The notes under the pieces were generated by a model. It saw only the letters and a list, made by a program, of their open reading frames with translations, was not told the DNA's origin and made no database searches. This document shows positions 47,700 through 57,601 of a stretch of DNA of 64,000 nucleotides, in pieces. The position numbers and the translations under genes are program-made. Positions within the stretch are counted from its first letter, which is position 1. Each line of letters begins with the position of its first letter. The stretch is from a bacterium (GTDB taxonomy: Bacteria; Patescibacteriota; Minisyncoccia; Moranbacterales; DUUL01), in assembly GCA_018675685.1 (NCBI GenBank), contig JABGXP010000012.1:11596-75595 (forward strand). Reading direction: 5' to 3'.

Positions 47700-48971
47700 A
47701 TGAAATATACAAAGCATATCTTGAAAAATGGTACAAGGGTTATCATCACTCCGATGGTCAGCGTCCAAACTGTGACAATCCAAGTGTTAGTAGAGGCTGG
47801 TTCCAAATATGAAACCAGAAAGAATAATGGCATCTCACATTTTCTTGAGCATATGATGTTCAAAGGAACAGAGAAGCGACCAACAACTAAGGATATTACT
47901 GAAGAAATGGATAATGTTGGCGGTGAATACAATGCCTTTACTGGCAAAGAAGAAACGGGATACTGGATAAAAGTCCCTGTTCAACATTTTGAAAAAGCGC
48001 TTGATGTTGTGAGTGATCTATACTTAAATTCAAAGCTTGAACAAAAAGAGATCAACAAAGAAAGAGGTGTAATTTTGCAAGAAGCGGCTATGTATCGTGA
48101 CACGCCAATGCGTCATATTTGGGATGTTTTCGAACACCTTCTTTACGGAGATCAACCGGCTGGCTGGAATATTATCGGGACGAAGGAGAATATTGAAACC
48201 TTGAACAGGAAAGTTTTCAAGGAATATATCGAAACAATGTATCTACCGAAGGCAACTGTGATTTCAATTGCAGGGAATATAAACGAGAAGAAAACACTCA
48301 GACTGATTGAAGAACATTTCAAGACAAAGCCTCAAAGAAAGACTCAAAAGGAGAAGAAAGAAGTGATTGAATTTCAGGATAGACCGAAATTGAAACTGCA
48401 CCACAAGGAAACAGACCAAACACATCTCATTGTTGGCGTTAGAGGTCCAAACATGTTTAATAAGAATAGGTTTGCAGCAGCCCTTTTGGGGATTGTCTTG
48501 GGTGGAGGAATGAGCTCCCGAACTTTTTTGAATATTAGAGAAAAACATGGACTAACTTATTATATAAATTCCTCAGTCGATATGATGACTGATACAGGGT
48601 ATTTATACGTAAGCGCCGGAGTTGAGCATGGCAGACTAGAGGAAGCTATTAAGCTCATATTGAAAGAGTTGAAAAAAATTAGCAAGCAAAAAGTTCCAGA
48701 AAAGGAGCTCCAAAAAGCCAAAGAGTATTTCAAGGGGAAGACCGTTATGTCGCTTGAATCAACGAACTCAGTCGCATCATTCTTCGGAGATCAAGAATTG
48801 TTCAGGAAAGAACTTTCTTCTCCTCAAAAGCTCTTGAAGAAAATTGATGCTGTTAGTGCAGAGGAGATTCAAGCAGTAGCAAAAGAAATTATTGTAAATG
48901 AAAAATTGAACCTTGCTGTGATTGGGCCGCATAAGAATGAAAAACAAATCACTAAACTTCTAAGATTCTAA
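47700..48971 (+). CDS. M16-family (pitrilysin/insulinase-like) zinc peptidase
   Basis: HFLEHMMFKGT (HxxEH inverted zincin motif); 423 aa. Confidence 0.85.
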   Translation: MKYTKHILKNGTRVIITPMVSVQTVTIQVLVEAGSKYETRKNNGISHFLEHMMFKGTEKRPTTKDITEEMDNVGGEYNAFTGKEETGYWIKVPVQHFEKALDVVSDLYLNSKLEQKEINKERGVILQEAAMYRDTPMRHIWDVFEHLLYGDQPAGWNIIGTKENIETLNRKVFKEYIETMYLPKATVISIAGNINEKKTLRLIEEHFKTKPQRKTQKEKKEVIEFQDRPKLKLHHKETDQTHLIVGVRGPNMFNKNRFAAALLGIVLGGGMSSRTFLNIREKHGLTYYINSSVDMMTDTGYLYVSAGVEHGRLEEAIKLILKELKKISKQKVPEKELQKAKEYFKGKTVMSLESTNSVASFFGDQELFRKELSSPQKLLKKIDAVSAEEIQAVAKEIIVNEKLNLAVIGPHKNEKQITKLLRF

Positions 48972-48973
48972 CT

Positions 48974-50005
48974 ATGCTAAAAACGGTACAGAAAATTGAG
49001 ATCTCCCCTAGTATTATTTGGAAAACAATTCTGATTTTACTAGCTATTTCTTTTTTGTATTACATCAAAGACGTGCTTTTGTTGTTGTTCTTAGCGATCA
49101 TAATAGTCAGTGCTGCTGGACCAATTATTGATAAAATGGAATCTAAAAAGATCCCAAGGATTTTAGCGGTTGTTTTGCTTTATTTTTCTTCTATTTTACT
49201 CTTTGTATTAGTTCTGAGTATTGTAGTTCCAGTTTTGAGCAACGAAACACAAATGATCACCAAGGCTCTGCCAGAATATTTTACAGGTATCAACAACTTC
49301 ATCGAAAATGTGACAGATCTTGCGGCCAGCTATCATTTTGAGGAAAACTTCAATGATTTTTTAGCGAATTTTTCAAATGGTTTGACGAATTCACTCTCAA
49401 GCATTTTTTCAAACACACTAGGCTTCCTAGTCGGTGTTTTCAAGGCATTGGTAATTTTCTCTCTAGCATTCTATATGTTAATCAAAAAAGATGGCACGAG
49501 AGCATTTGTTAACGCAATTGTTCACAACAAGAAGCATAAAAAGAGAGTGATTGATCTAGTTGAAAAAATTCAAACAAAGATGGGGCGTTGGCTTGTCGGG
49601 CAATTCTCATTGATGTTTATAATCTTTGTGTTAGAGTTTATCGCCTTGTCAATCCTCGGTGTGCCATTTGCTTTGATATTAGCGCTCATAGGAGGCTTAC
49701 TTGAGATTGTTCCGTATATTGGACCTCTTGCAGCTTTTGTGCCAGCTGTTTTGATTGCAAGCACTGTTTCGCCCTGGACAGCACTTTTTGTTGCAATTTC
49801 TTATATATTAATTCAACAGATCGAGAATCATTTAATTGTCCCATTGGTAATGAAGAAAGCCGTTGGGCTTAATCCTGTCGTTATTATTCTTTCATTGCTC
49901 ATAGGAGGAAGGCTTGCTGGTGTTCCGGGGATCATTCTTGCCGTGCCATTTGTGACAGCAATGGAAATTGTACTTGAAGACTTTTTAAATAAGAAAGAAG
50001 AATAG
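48974..50005 (+). CDS. AI-2E family transporter (UPF0118, PerM/YhhT-like)
   Basis: Eight TM helices with the AI-2E topology; 343 aa. Confidence 0.6.
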   Translation: MLKTVQKIEISPSIIWKTILILLAISFLYYIKDVLLLLFLAIIIVSAAGPIIDKMESKKIPRILAVVLLYFSSILLFVLVLSIVVPVLSNETQMITKALPEYFTGINNFIENVTDLAASYHFEENFNDFLANFSNGLTNSLSSIFSNTLGFLVGVFKALVIFSLAFYMLIKKDGTRAFVNAIVHNKKHKKRVIDLVEKIQTKMGRWLVGQFSLMFIIFVLEFIALSILGVPFALILALIGGLLEIVPYIGPLAAFVPAVLIASTVSPWTALFVAISYILIQQIENHLIVPLVMKKAVGLNPVVIILSLLIGGRLAGVPGIILAVPFVTAMEIVLEDFLNKKEE

Positions 50006-50010
50006 AAACT

Positions 50011-50553
50011 ATGTTGAAAAATATTCAAATTGTTATAACGTTAGACAAATCCACTCAAAGTCATGTCGCAACAAAAATTAGAAACCTAGTTGAAACAGTT
50101 GACGCAAGATGGGTCAAGCCCGAGATTTATAGTATTCAGTTGGCAATCATTAAAAAAGTTGATGAAGAATCACTCTTTGAGATAGGAGAGATTCTGAAGG
50201 AAGAGCTTTGTGAAATCAAATCTTTTGATCTAAGTTTCGAAAAAATTGCATGGGGGCCAAACTCTCAAAATCCAAAAATGCTTTGGCTTGTGGGGCCACA
50301 AAGCGGAGAACTGATAGAGCTTAGAAATGTTATCGAACAATCTCTTAATGAAAATGCAAAAGAAATCAGTAAATTTTCACCACACATCAAATTAGCCAAA
50401 ATCCCCAAAAGAAGTTTCTCAAAAGAGATTGATTTATCTAAGATCAAGATAAGCGTCGACATATCAGTGGACAATATTGATATAATAGAGGTATTTCAAG
50501 ATGGCAGAACTCGTTCAACTGGTATTTTGCAAAGCATCCCACTTAGTTTCTAG
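50011..50553 (+). CDS. hypothetical protein, possibly a degenerate 2H-phosphoesterase (LigT-like) fold
   Basis: Two positions resembling HxT/S motifs, but the first reads VITL and the second HIKL. Confidence 0.3.
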   Translation: MLKNIQIVITLDKSTQSHVATKIRNLVETVDARWVKPEIYSIQLAIIKKVDEESLFEIGEILKEELCEIKSFDLSFEKIAWGPNSQNPKMLWLVGPQSGELIELRNVIEQSLNENAKEISKFSPHIKLAKIPKRSFSKEIDLSKIKISVDISVDNIDIIEVFQDGRTRSTGILQSIPLSF

Positions 50554-50562
50554 AATTTACAC

Positions 50563-51321
50563 ATGAAGAATCAAATTTTTGGAATTAAAATTCACAATTA
50601 CACAAAAAAACAATTACATAAAATTGTTTTAGGCATAGTAAGGAAAGGGAGAAGCTTTTCTAAAATTCCAGTTTGTATTGTAACTTTGAACCCTGAAATT
50701 TTGCTAAAAGCCAAGCATGACCAAAGGTATAAAAAGTTTCTTGAGCAATTTGATTTAAGAATCGCCGACGGTTTTGGAATTGTGTTTTGCTCATTGTTTT
50801 TGAAAAGACAAGTGATACATAGATTCGCAGGAGCTGATTTAGCCGGAGTTGTTATTGAAGAAGCCTTGAAAAATAAACTTAAAGTCGCCCTTGTGATGGA
50901 CAAAGAAGGACTCAGCTCGAAAGAAGAGCTCAAGTTTTTTTTAAAGGAAAAGTTTGGTCAGAAAAAAAGCAATTTGTGCAGAATATATCTCGAAGACAAA
51001 GAAAGTGGGGAACAAGAAAAATTATCCAAGAATACGCAAGTTTTGTTTGTCGGATTGGGCGCCCCGTCGCAAGAAGAGTTTATCCTGAAAAATAAAGAAG
51101 ATTTGCCAGATTTAAGACTTGCAATTGGTACTGGGGGGACATTTGATTATTGGACAAAGAGAACAAGAAGGGCTCCAAAATTAATGAGAATATTTGGATT
51201 CGAATGGCTTTGGAGAGTGCTTATTTTGAGGGGATATTCCAAAAAGAAACAGCGTATCAAAAGAGTATTTTCTGCTGTGTTTATTTTCCCAATTAAATAT
51301 ATTTTTGATAATTCAAAGTAA
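50563..51321 (+). CDS. tagA: WecB/TagA/CpsF-family glycosyltransferase (N-acetylmannosaminyl-type transferase)
   Basis: IVTLNPEILLKA...LRIADGFGIVF and C-terminal RAPKLMRIFGFEWLWRVL. Confidence 0.7.
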   Translation: MKNQIFGIKIHNYTKKQLHKIVLGIVRKGRSFSKIPVCIVTLNPEILLKAKHDQRYKKFLEQFDLRIADGFGIVFCSLFLKRQVIHRFAGADLAGVVIEEALKNKLKVALVMDKEGLSSKEELKFFLKEKFGQKKSNLCRIYLEDKESGEQEKLSKNTQVLFVGLGAPSQEEFILKNKEDLPDLRLAIGTGGTFDYWTKRTRRAPKLMRIFGFEWLWRVLILRGYSKKKQRIKRVFSAVFIFPIKYIFDNSK

Positions 51322-51326
51322 TTAAA

Positions 51327-51848
51327 ATGAAGATTTCACAAAAAGAAATAGATACTGTGAGAAAAAGCAGCTTTCGACCGCAAATTGCTGTTTGTCTAGT
51401 GCATGACAAAAAAGTGTTCATGTTTTTCGATGAAAAGTATAAATTATGGCAATTTCCTCAAGGGGGGATTGATAATGGGGAGGACATAACGTCATCAGCA
51501 AAGCGTGAATTAGACGAGGAGCTGGGAAATGACATTTCAAAACATTTTGTGGGAGAACCAGAAATTTTGTTTGAGGATAAAATATCTTTTCCTGAGCGGT
51601 TGTGGGGAAGTCGCAAACTAAGATTAGATGATGGAATGAAAATGATGATGAAAGGAAAGCATTTTTTCTATATTGCACTGGAACTAGATTTGGATACGTT
51701 TGACCTAAAGGATGCCCAGTTTACAGACTATCGCTTAATGACTTCTAGTGAGGCGGATAAAACCATAGATCAAATTTACCAATTTAACAAGCAAAGAATT
51801 TCCAGAAAAGCAATCGATTTTTTAAAGGAAAAAGGAATAATCATATAA
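51327..51848 (+). CDS. NUDIX hydrolase
   Basis: Nudix box GGIDNGEDITSSAKRELDEELG. Confidence 0.8.
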   Translation: MKISQKEIDTVRKSSFRPQIAVCLVHDKKVFMFFDEKYKLWQFPQGGIDNGEDITSSAKRELDEELGNDISKHFVGEPEILFEDKISFPERLWGSRKLRLDDGMKMMMKGKHFFYIALELDLDTFDLKDAQFTDYRLMTSSEADKTIDQIYQFNKQRISRKAIDFLKEKGIII

Positions 51849-51947
51849 TTGACACTACTATTTAGTGTGCAATACTTGATATATTAAGAATGTAATAGCT
51901 AATAATTTTTTTCAAATAGCAGGAAACTAATATTAAATTAAGAATAA

Positions 51948-53420
51948 ATGGAAGTTAGAACTAGATTTGCACCATCACCAACTGGGAACGTGCATGTTGG
52001 AAATTTGAGGACAGCATTGTATGCGTATCTTCTTGCAAGAAACCATCAAGGAAAATTTTTGTTGCGAGTTGAAGACACTGACCAAAAAAGATTGGTGGAT
52101 AACTCAATAGAAAAAATCCTAGGTGCACTGAATTGGGCTGGAATTGAAGTTGACGAAGGTGTGAGTTTCGACAAAGAAGGAAATGTTGCAGAAAATGGAG
52201 AATATGGACCGTACTTTCAATCAAAACGCTTAGACGTTTATCAAAAATATATCAAAGAGCTTTTAGCTAATGGACATGCATATCATTGTTTCTGTTCAGC
52301 TGAAAGACTCACTGACTTGAGAAACTCTCAGCAAGAAAAGAAGCAACCGACAAGATACGACAAAAGATGCGAATCACTTTCTGCCAAAGAAGTTGAGGAC
52401 AAGATTGCAAATGGTGAGTCATTTACAATCAGAATGAACGTTCCGCAAGGAGAATCAGTGACTTTCAAGGATGAGGTTTATGGAAAAGTTTCCTTCAAAA
52501 GCGACACAGTTGATGATCAAGTTTTAATAAAATCAGATGGATTTCCAACCTATCATTTTGCAGTTGTGATCGACGACCATTTAATGAAAATTTCACACAT
52601 TGTTCGAGGAGAAGATTGGCTGCCTAGTGCACCAAAGCATGTTTTGTTGTATAAATTTTTCCAATGGGAAACGCCAACAATGATTCATGTACCAAATGTT
52701 TTAAACGAAAATCGCAAGAAACTTTCGAAAAGACAGGGGGATGTGAGTGTAGAAGATTTTCAGAAAAAAGGCTACTTACCTGAAACAATTGTGAACTTTC
52801 TTTCCCTGTTGGGATGGAATCCAAAAACAAAGCAAGAACATTTTTCATTAGAAGAATTAGAAGAAAATTTTGATGTTTCTGGACTTCACAAAGCTGGCGC
52901 AGTTTTTGACTATAAGAAGTTGGATTGGATGAATGCTTACTATATCAAACAAAAAACTATCGAGGAATTGAAAATTTTAACAGAGAGTTATTTTGAAAGT
53001 TTTTTTAAAGAAAAGGGATTTGAAAAAGACGAGGAATTGGTTCAAAAAATCATAACAATAGAACAAGAAAGGATGAAAAAACTTTCAGATGTTACGGACA
53101 ATATTGATTTCTATTTTACTATTAAGAACTATGAAAAAGAATTCTTAATTTGGAAACAAAATTCTGAAATTCAAACAAAAGACTCACTTGGAATTTCAAA
53201 AAAGAACCTCGAGGAACTTTCAGATCAATTCACGTTGAAAGAAATCACAGATTCACTTTTGGCTGCAGCGGGTGACAAAAGAGGCGATTTGCTTTGGCCG
53301 CTTCGAGTTTGTCTTAGTGGAGAGAAATTCAGCCCCAGCCCCTTTGAACTTGCTTGGGCACTAGGAAAAACAGAAACTCTAAAAAGAATTGAAAAAGCTT
53401 TGGAATTATTTGAAAAATAG
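51948..53420 (+). CDS. gltX: glutamyl-tRNA synthetase
   Basis: RFAPSPTGNVHVGNLRTALY (HIGH region) and KLSKRQG (KMSKS). Confidence 0.95.
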   Translation: MEVRTRFAPSPTGNVHVGNLRTALYAYLLARNHQGKFLLRVEDTDQKRLVDNSIEKILGALNWAGIEVDEGVSFDKEGNVAENGEYGPYFQSKRLDVYQKYIKELLANGHAYHCFCSAERLTDLRNSQQEKKQPTRYDKRCESLSAKEVEDKIANGESFTIRMNVPQGESVTFKDEVYGKVSFKSDTVDDQVLIKSDGFPTYHFAVVIDDHLMKISHIVRGEDWLPSAPKHVLLYKFFQWETPTMIHVPNVLNENRKKLSKRQGDVSVEDFQKKGYLPETIVNFLSLLGWNPKTKQEHFSLEELEENFDVSGLHKAGAVFDYKKLDWMNAYYIKQKTIEELKILTESYFESFFKEKGFEKDEELVQKIITIEQERMKKLSDVTDNIDFYFTIKNYEKEFLIWKQNSEIQTKDSLGISKKNLEELSDQFTLKEITDSLLAAAGDKRGDLLWPLRVCLSGEKFSPSPFELAWALGKTETLKRIEKALELFEK

Positions 53421-53434
53421 AAATGTGGTATAAT
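53410..53434 (+). promoter_or_regulatory. candidate extended -10 promoter (TGGTATAAT) inside the gltX 3' end
   Basis: TTGAAA ... TG g TATAAT, about 50 nt upstream of the start at 53484. Confidence 0.35.
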
Positions 53435-53483
53435 CTATACTACAATTGAAGTTCGGGAGTTTGAGCGGAACTTAAATAAAAAA

Positions 53484-54761
53484 ATGGATAAAATTAAAAA
53501 TAAAAATAGTTTAACCAAAAGCAAAGTAGCTACTTTGATTTTTTGCTCTTTGTTTCTATGGATTGGTAGTTCAGCCAATGCATCGGTAGCAGAAAAAAGA
53601 TATGAAACATTAGAGGATAGAAAAAAGAATTACGAACTTCAAATACTGTACAAACAAAAACAAGGAACAACGTTGGGCAATCAACTGAAAATGATGGATT
53701 TGCAAATCGATAGTTTCAAGAACGATTTGGAGATTACGAAAGAAAAAATTGCCAAAAATGAAAAAGAATTGGGGTTATTAGACCAAGAAGTTGACATATA
53801 TCAAAAAGGGCTAGATGAGAGAAGGAAAGAACTTGCAGCAATGCTTAGATTCTTCTATCAAGCAGAAAAGAATATTACAATGTCTTTTTTGGCCCAAGAC
53901 TCAGATGTGTCTGCTGTACTTAATCAATCACAATACATCGATCAGGCCTCCGGAAAAATTGATGAAATTATCATCGATACTCAAAAGAGTAAAGAAAGTC
54001 TTGAAACTAAAAAAGGAGAGGTTGAGAAAAAGAACGAAGAATTGAAAGAGCATCAAGAAACTTTTGAGGAAAGAGTTGAATACTTGGAAGGAGAAGAACA
54101 ATCCAAGAAGGTACTTTTGCAAAAAACTCAAGGACAAGAGGCACAGTACAAGAAGTTGTTGACAAGAGTTGAACAGCAGATGCAAGAGTTGATTGGTGAT
54201 CTAGATGAACTTTCTGCTGAAGTTAGAAGTGATTTGGAAAAAATCAAAAAATCAGCATCAAAGCCAACATCGGGTACTGCTTCAAAAAAATGGTATTACG
54301 CTCAAAATGACAGCAAATGGGGGAATAAAAGAATAGGACTATCAAATACTTTAATGAAGGACTACGGATGTGCCGTTACGGCAGTTTCCATGGTCATGAC
54401 TTATCACAAAGAAAAAATCACACCAGGCAGTCTCTCTGGAAAGCAAATTTTTGCAAGAGATTTAATCGTTTGGCCAGCTTCCTGGGGAGATGTCGAACTT
54501 GATTCAACGACTTGGCATGGGAATATTGATTGGAAGGAAATCAATAAGTCTATAGATAAAGACAGACCAGTAATTGTCTTTATCCGTTCAAGGACTGGTG
54601 CTGGTCATTATGTCGTTGTTCACGGAAGAGACAAAAAAGGCAAATACGTTGTCCACGATCCACTTTTTGGTGCTAATATCTATCTAGATACTTCAAGGAA
54701 GTTGGTTGGCAGGATCTACAATAGCTCCACGACAATCGATCAAATGATTATCTATAAATAA
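53484..54761 (+). CDS. secreted coiled-coil protein with a C-terminal peptidase C39-like domain (putative cell-wall hydrolase)
   Basis: Signal peptide; ~230-aa heptad-rich coiled coil; C-terminal DYGCAVTAVSMVMTYH ... GHYVVVHG (Cys/His papain-like). Confidence 0.5.
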   Translation: MDKIKNKNSLTKSKVATLIFCSLFLWIGSSANASVAEKRYETLEDRKKNYELQILYKQKQGTTLGNQLKMMDLQIDSFKNDLEITKEKIAKNEKELGLLDQEVDIYQKGLDERRKELAAMLRFFYQAEKNITMSFLAQDSDVSAVLNQSQYIDQASGKIDEIIIDTQKSKESLETKKGEVEKKNEELKEHQETFEERVEYLEGEEQSKKVLLQKTQGQEAQYKKLLTRVEQQMQELIGDLDELSAEVRSDLEKIKKSASKPTSGTASKKWYYAQNDSKWGNKRIGLSNTLMKDYGCAVTAVSMVMTYHKEKITPGSLSGKQIFARDLIVWPASWGDVELDSTTWHGNIDWKEINKSIDKDRPVIVFIRSRTGAGHYVVVHGRDKKGKYVVHDPLFGANIYLDTSRKLVGRIYNSSTTIDQMIIYK

Positions 54762-54837
54762 CCATTTGGGTAAAAAGTCGATATTTTTTCAAATCTGACC
54801 CAAGAAGGGTAGTGTGAATTAAGTTTTAATACAAAAA

Positions 54838-55089
54838 ATGAAAATAAAAATGAAAAATCGCAAGGAAAGTAAAATTGCCTTGCTCGTGACAATTGGGATG
54901 ATTTTACTATTCATACTCTTTTTATTCTATCAAAACTTTCATGACATAGGGTATCGGGAAGAAAAATGTTCTCAAGATATTCTTGAAAAAGCAAAACTAT
55001 ATTACCAAGAAACTGGAACTGATCCAGAGACTGTTGTTTTGGATATGTTCTATGATGATTGCATGAGAGATGCAGGCTGGATAAAATAG
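54838..55089 (+). CDS. small membrane-anchored hypothetical protein (83 aa)
   Basis: One TM helix plus a Cys-containing ectodomain. Confidence 0.4.
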   Translation: MKIKMKNRKESKIALLVTIGMILLFILFLFYQNFHDIGYREEKCSQDILEKAKLYYQETGTDPETVVLDMFYDDCMRDAGWIK

Positions 55090-55195
55090 ACCCTGGAACG
55101 CCAAGGAGTTTTTTCTTGATAACTTTATTACTAAGAGCAAAGTTTGCGCTCGGAGCTCAATTTTGAAGCCCAGCTTATTTAAGAAGCTATTACCG

Positions 55196-55290
55196 CTTAT
55201 TTAAAGGTATATTAGCTTAACTTTTCCTTTTGGTATCCTTAAAACGCAATTTTGAGCCTCGTTTTTTGCCTTATATAAGGTGATAAACGG
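55196..55290 (+). repeat. copy A of a ~95-nt direct repeat
   Basis: About 85% identical to 55787-55880, with an identical 32-nt core CTTAAAACGCAATTTTGAGCCTCGTTTTTTG containing an AAAACG/CGTTTT hairpin and T-run. Confidence 0.7.
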
Positions 55291-55498
55291 CAATCTTTCC
55301 AATGAGTATGTTTACAAGAAAACAGGAACTCTTTCAAGACAATCATCAAAAGAATGTCATGTGAGGACAACAAAGAGAATAAACACTGCCATAGAACAAC
55401 TACAGTTAAAAGAAGGAACTCAACACCTAAGGGGGGGGTAAAAACAGAAGGAGATAGCAAAGCATACACACATCGCCATTTGTTGGGCTTATAAATTG

Positions 55499-55536
55499 AT
55501 ACAACGTCGCATAATATACATTGTGCGACGTTGTAT
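55499..55536. promoter_or_regulatory. perfect 13-bp inverted repeat ATACAACGTCGCA-N12-TGCGACGTTGTAT
   Basis: GC-rich palindrome in an AT-rich ORF-free region between the two direct repeats. Confidence 0.4.
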
Positions 55537-55786
55537 AACTATCATTTAAATAACAATTTAGTTACTAAGTGATCTAAATCTTTCTGGAAATCTATTATTC
55601 CCTACTTCAATTTGGGTACCCATGGTTGTTTTCGACACTCTTTTAAATTACACGTAGGTGTTTTCGAAGAACATATATTTGCTCTTTCTTTTCGGTGTCT
55701 TTTGTGAAAACTTTCCTTTTTGTATTAACTGGGTAACAAAATTTCCGATAAATAGAAAAGGTGGAATTTATACCGTAAATAAAGCA

Positions 55787-55880
55787 TTTAAAGAGGTAGG
55801 ATAGCTCAACTTTTTCTTTTTATGCCCTTAAAACGCAATTTTGAGCCTCGTTTTTTGGCTTAAATAAGGCATAAAACAGC
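55787..55880 (+). repeat. copy B of the ~95-nt direct repeat
   Basis: Same core; the flanking TATGCC...GGCATA arms are complementary. Confidence 0.7.
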
Positions 55881-55997
55881 TGTTTATCAAATGAATTTTT
55901 ATCAATAAGAGGGGGCATTTTTAGCCCTTTTCTCACGATAGTGAACTTTTTATTTTTATGTTAAACTTAAAGAGAAAATAAGAATAAGATATTTTCC

Positions 55998-56402
55998 ATG
56001 CAAGAAGGTTTCTCCAGGGGATTTTATATCACAATGCTGGTTGTTTCAATTGTTTTTGTGTACATTGTTTTCACAGTGCTTCCAGACACAACAAAAACAG
56101 TTTTTGTGGGTGAAGGGTCTTTGATGGAGCCAACACTCTTAGACGGGGACGAGGTTGTTGTAAGCACAGGAAAACTTCCAAGAGAAGGAGATATTATTGT
56201 TTTTAAGTGTAAAGATAAGTGCGTTGAATTCCCAGGAGAAATCATGACTAAACGTCTTGATACAATCAATGAAAATGGTTGTTACTGGGTGCTAGGAGAT
56301 AATAGCGATGTTTCCTATGATTCAAGGACTTTTGGCGAGTTATGCCCAAAAGATCTCGAATTATATGGAGTAGTTGTTGACGTTAAGAGGAAAGATAAAT
56401 AA
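55998..56402 (+). CDS. lepB: signal peptidase I (S26 family)
   Basis: N-terminal TM segment; catalytic Ser region GSLMEPTL; Lys region TKRL; GDNSDVSYDSRTFG box. Confidence 0.65.
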   Translation: MQEGFSRGFYITMLVVSIVFVYIVFTVLPDTTKTVFVGEGSLMEPTLLDGDEVVVSTGKLPREGDIIVFKCKDKCVEFPGEIMTKRLDTINENGCYWVLGDNSDVSYDSRTFGELCPKDLELYGVVVDVKRKDK

Positions 56403-56440
56403 AATTATCTGCACTCCCCTATTTTATTAAAACAAACTAA

Positions 56441-57574
56441 ATGAAAACATCTTTTTCAGCCCTAAATACTTTCCAGAGCTGTCCCTTGAAATATAAATTT
56501 CAAGTTATTGATAAGATTAGCACACCAAAATCTCCCGAAGCTTTTTTTGGGACATTAATTCACTCAACGTTGCAATTTGTTCATGCTGGTGGTTTTTTGC
56601 CGCCTTCAGAGCAAGAAGCTCTGCAGTTCTTTGCCACTAAATGGAACCCAGACGTATTCAAAGAAGAACTTCAAGAGCGAACTGCTTTTGCTCAAGGAGT
56701 GCGTATAATCCAACGATATTTCCGAGAAAATGATCCTGCAAAAATCCAAATTGTTGATTTGGAATCACGTTTTTCAATTGAAATAGAGGATGAGGAAAGG
56801 GACGAGAAACATTTTGTTTCAGGGTTTATCGATCGAATTGATAAGACCGATGATGGATATGAAATTATTGACTATAAGACTTCTAAAAAGCTTCCTTCCC
56901 AAGAGATAGTTGATAACAACTTACAACTTTCAATTTATTTGCTAGCCTTTTTAAAAAGATATCCTAAATATAAGGAGATAGAAAAAATAAAACTCTCTTT
57001 GTTTTTTGTACACCACGGAACAAAGATCACGAGTATTAAAACGAAAGATGACCTAGAGAGCGTCAAAAATGAATTGATTGAGATTATTCACCAAGTTGAA
57101 GAGTCTGACTTCCCGCCTACCATCACACCTCTTTGTGCTTGGTGTGGTTATCAGAAAATTTGTCCCATGTGGAAGCATAAATTCAAAGAGGAATTCTCTG
57201 TAACAGACGAAGAAAAAAAGGAAATAATTCATAGGTACCTAGAGGCTCAAGAAAAATCGAAACAAGAACGAAGAAAAGCCACCGAACTACAAGGAAGAAT
57301 TTTGGAAATAATGGAAGTAGAGGAGTCAGAGAGACTTTTTGCGGAGGGTAAAATTATCACCAAAAGTTGCCGACAAACTTTTGGTTATGACGAAAAACAA
57401 TTGAAGTTAATTTTAGATAAAGAAAACCTGTGGGATGAAGTTGTTAAATTAAATCAAGTACAGCTCAAAAAGATCATAGGGACACTTCCCTCTTCGACGA
57501 AAAAGGCTGTAGAAAAAACACGGGAGTTAAAAAAGGAAAGTTTTGGTTTGAGTATCAAAAAAGGCGAGGAATAG
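56441..57574 (+). CDS. PD-(D/E)XK nuclease (Cas4/RecB-nuclease-like) with a C-terminal coiled-coil extension
   Basis: N-terminal FQSCPLKYKFQ; catalytic-core-like IDRIDKTDDGYEIIDYKT; C-terminal CAWCGYQKIC Cys cluster (C-x2-C-x5-C) plus one N-terminal Cys; about 130 extra K/E-rich residues. Confidence 0.55.
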   Translation: MKTSFSALNTFQSCPLKYKFQVIDKISTPKSPEAFFGTLIHSTLQFVHAGGFLPPSEQEALQFFATKWNPDVFKEELQERTAFAQGVRIIQRYFRENDPAKIQIVDLESRFSIEIEDEERDEKHFVSGFIDRIDKTDDGYEIIDYKTSKKLPSQEIVDNNLQLSIYLLAFLKRYPKYKEIEKIKLSLFFVHHGTKITSIKTKDDLESVKNELIEIIHQVEESDFPPTITPLCAWCGYQKICPMWKHKFKEEFSVTDEEKKEIIHRYLEAQEKSKQERRKATELQGRILEIMEVEESERLFAEGKIITKSCRQTFGYDEKQLKLILDKENLWDEVVKLNQVQLKKIIGTLPSSTKKAVEKTRELKKESFGLSIKKGEE

Positions 57575-57601
57575 AAAAATAAAATAAATAAATTAAAAAA
57601 A

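Noticed and set aside
55590-55625. Cluster of restriction sites (GGTACCCATGG, KpnI/NcoI) suggesting vector or cloning DNA
   Set aside because: Isolated occurrence with no other polylinker sites or vector backbone features. Most likely chance in non-coding DNA.
55196-55880. CRISPR array or miniature CRISPR
   Set aside because: Only two repeat copies, each about 95 nt, spaced about 500 bp apart. No regular short repeat-spacer periodicity and no cas genes.
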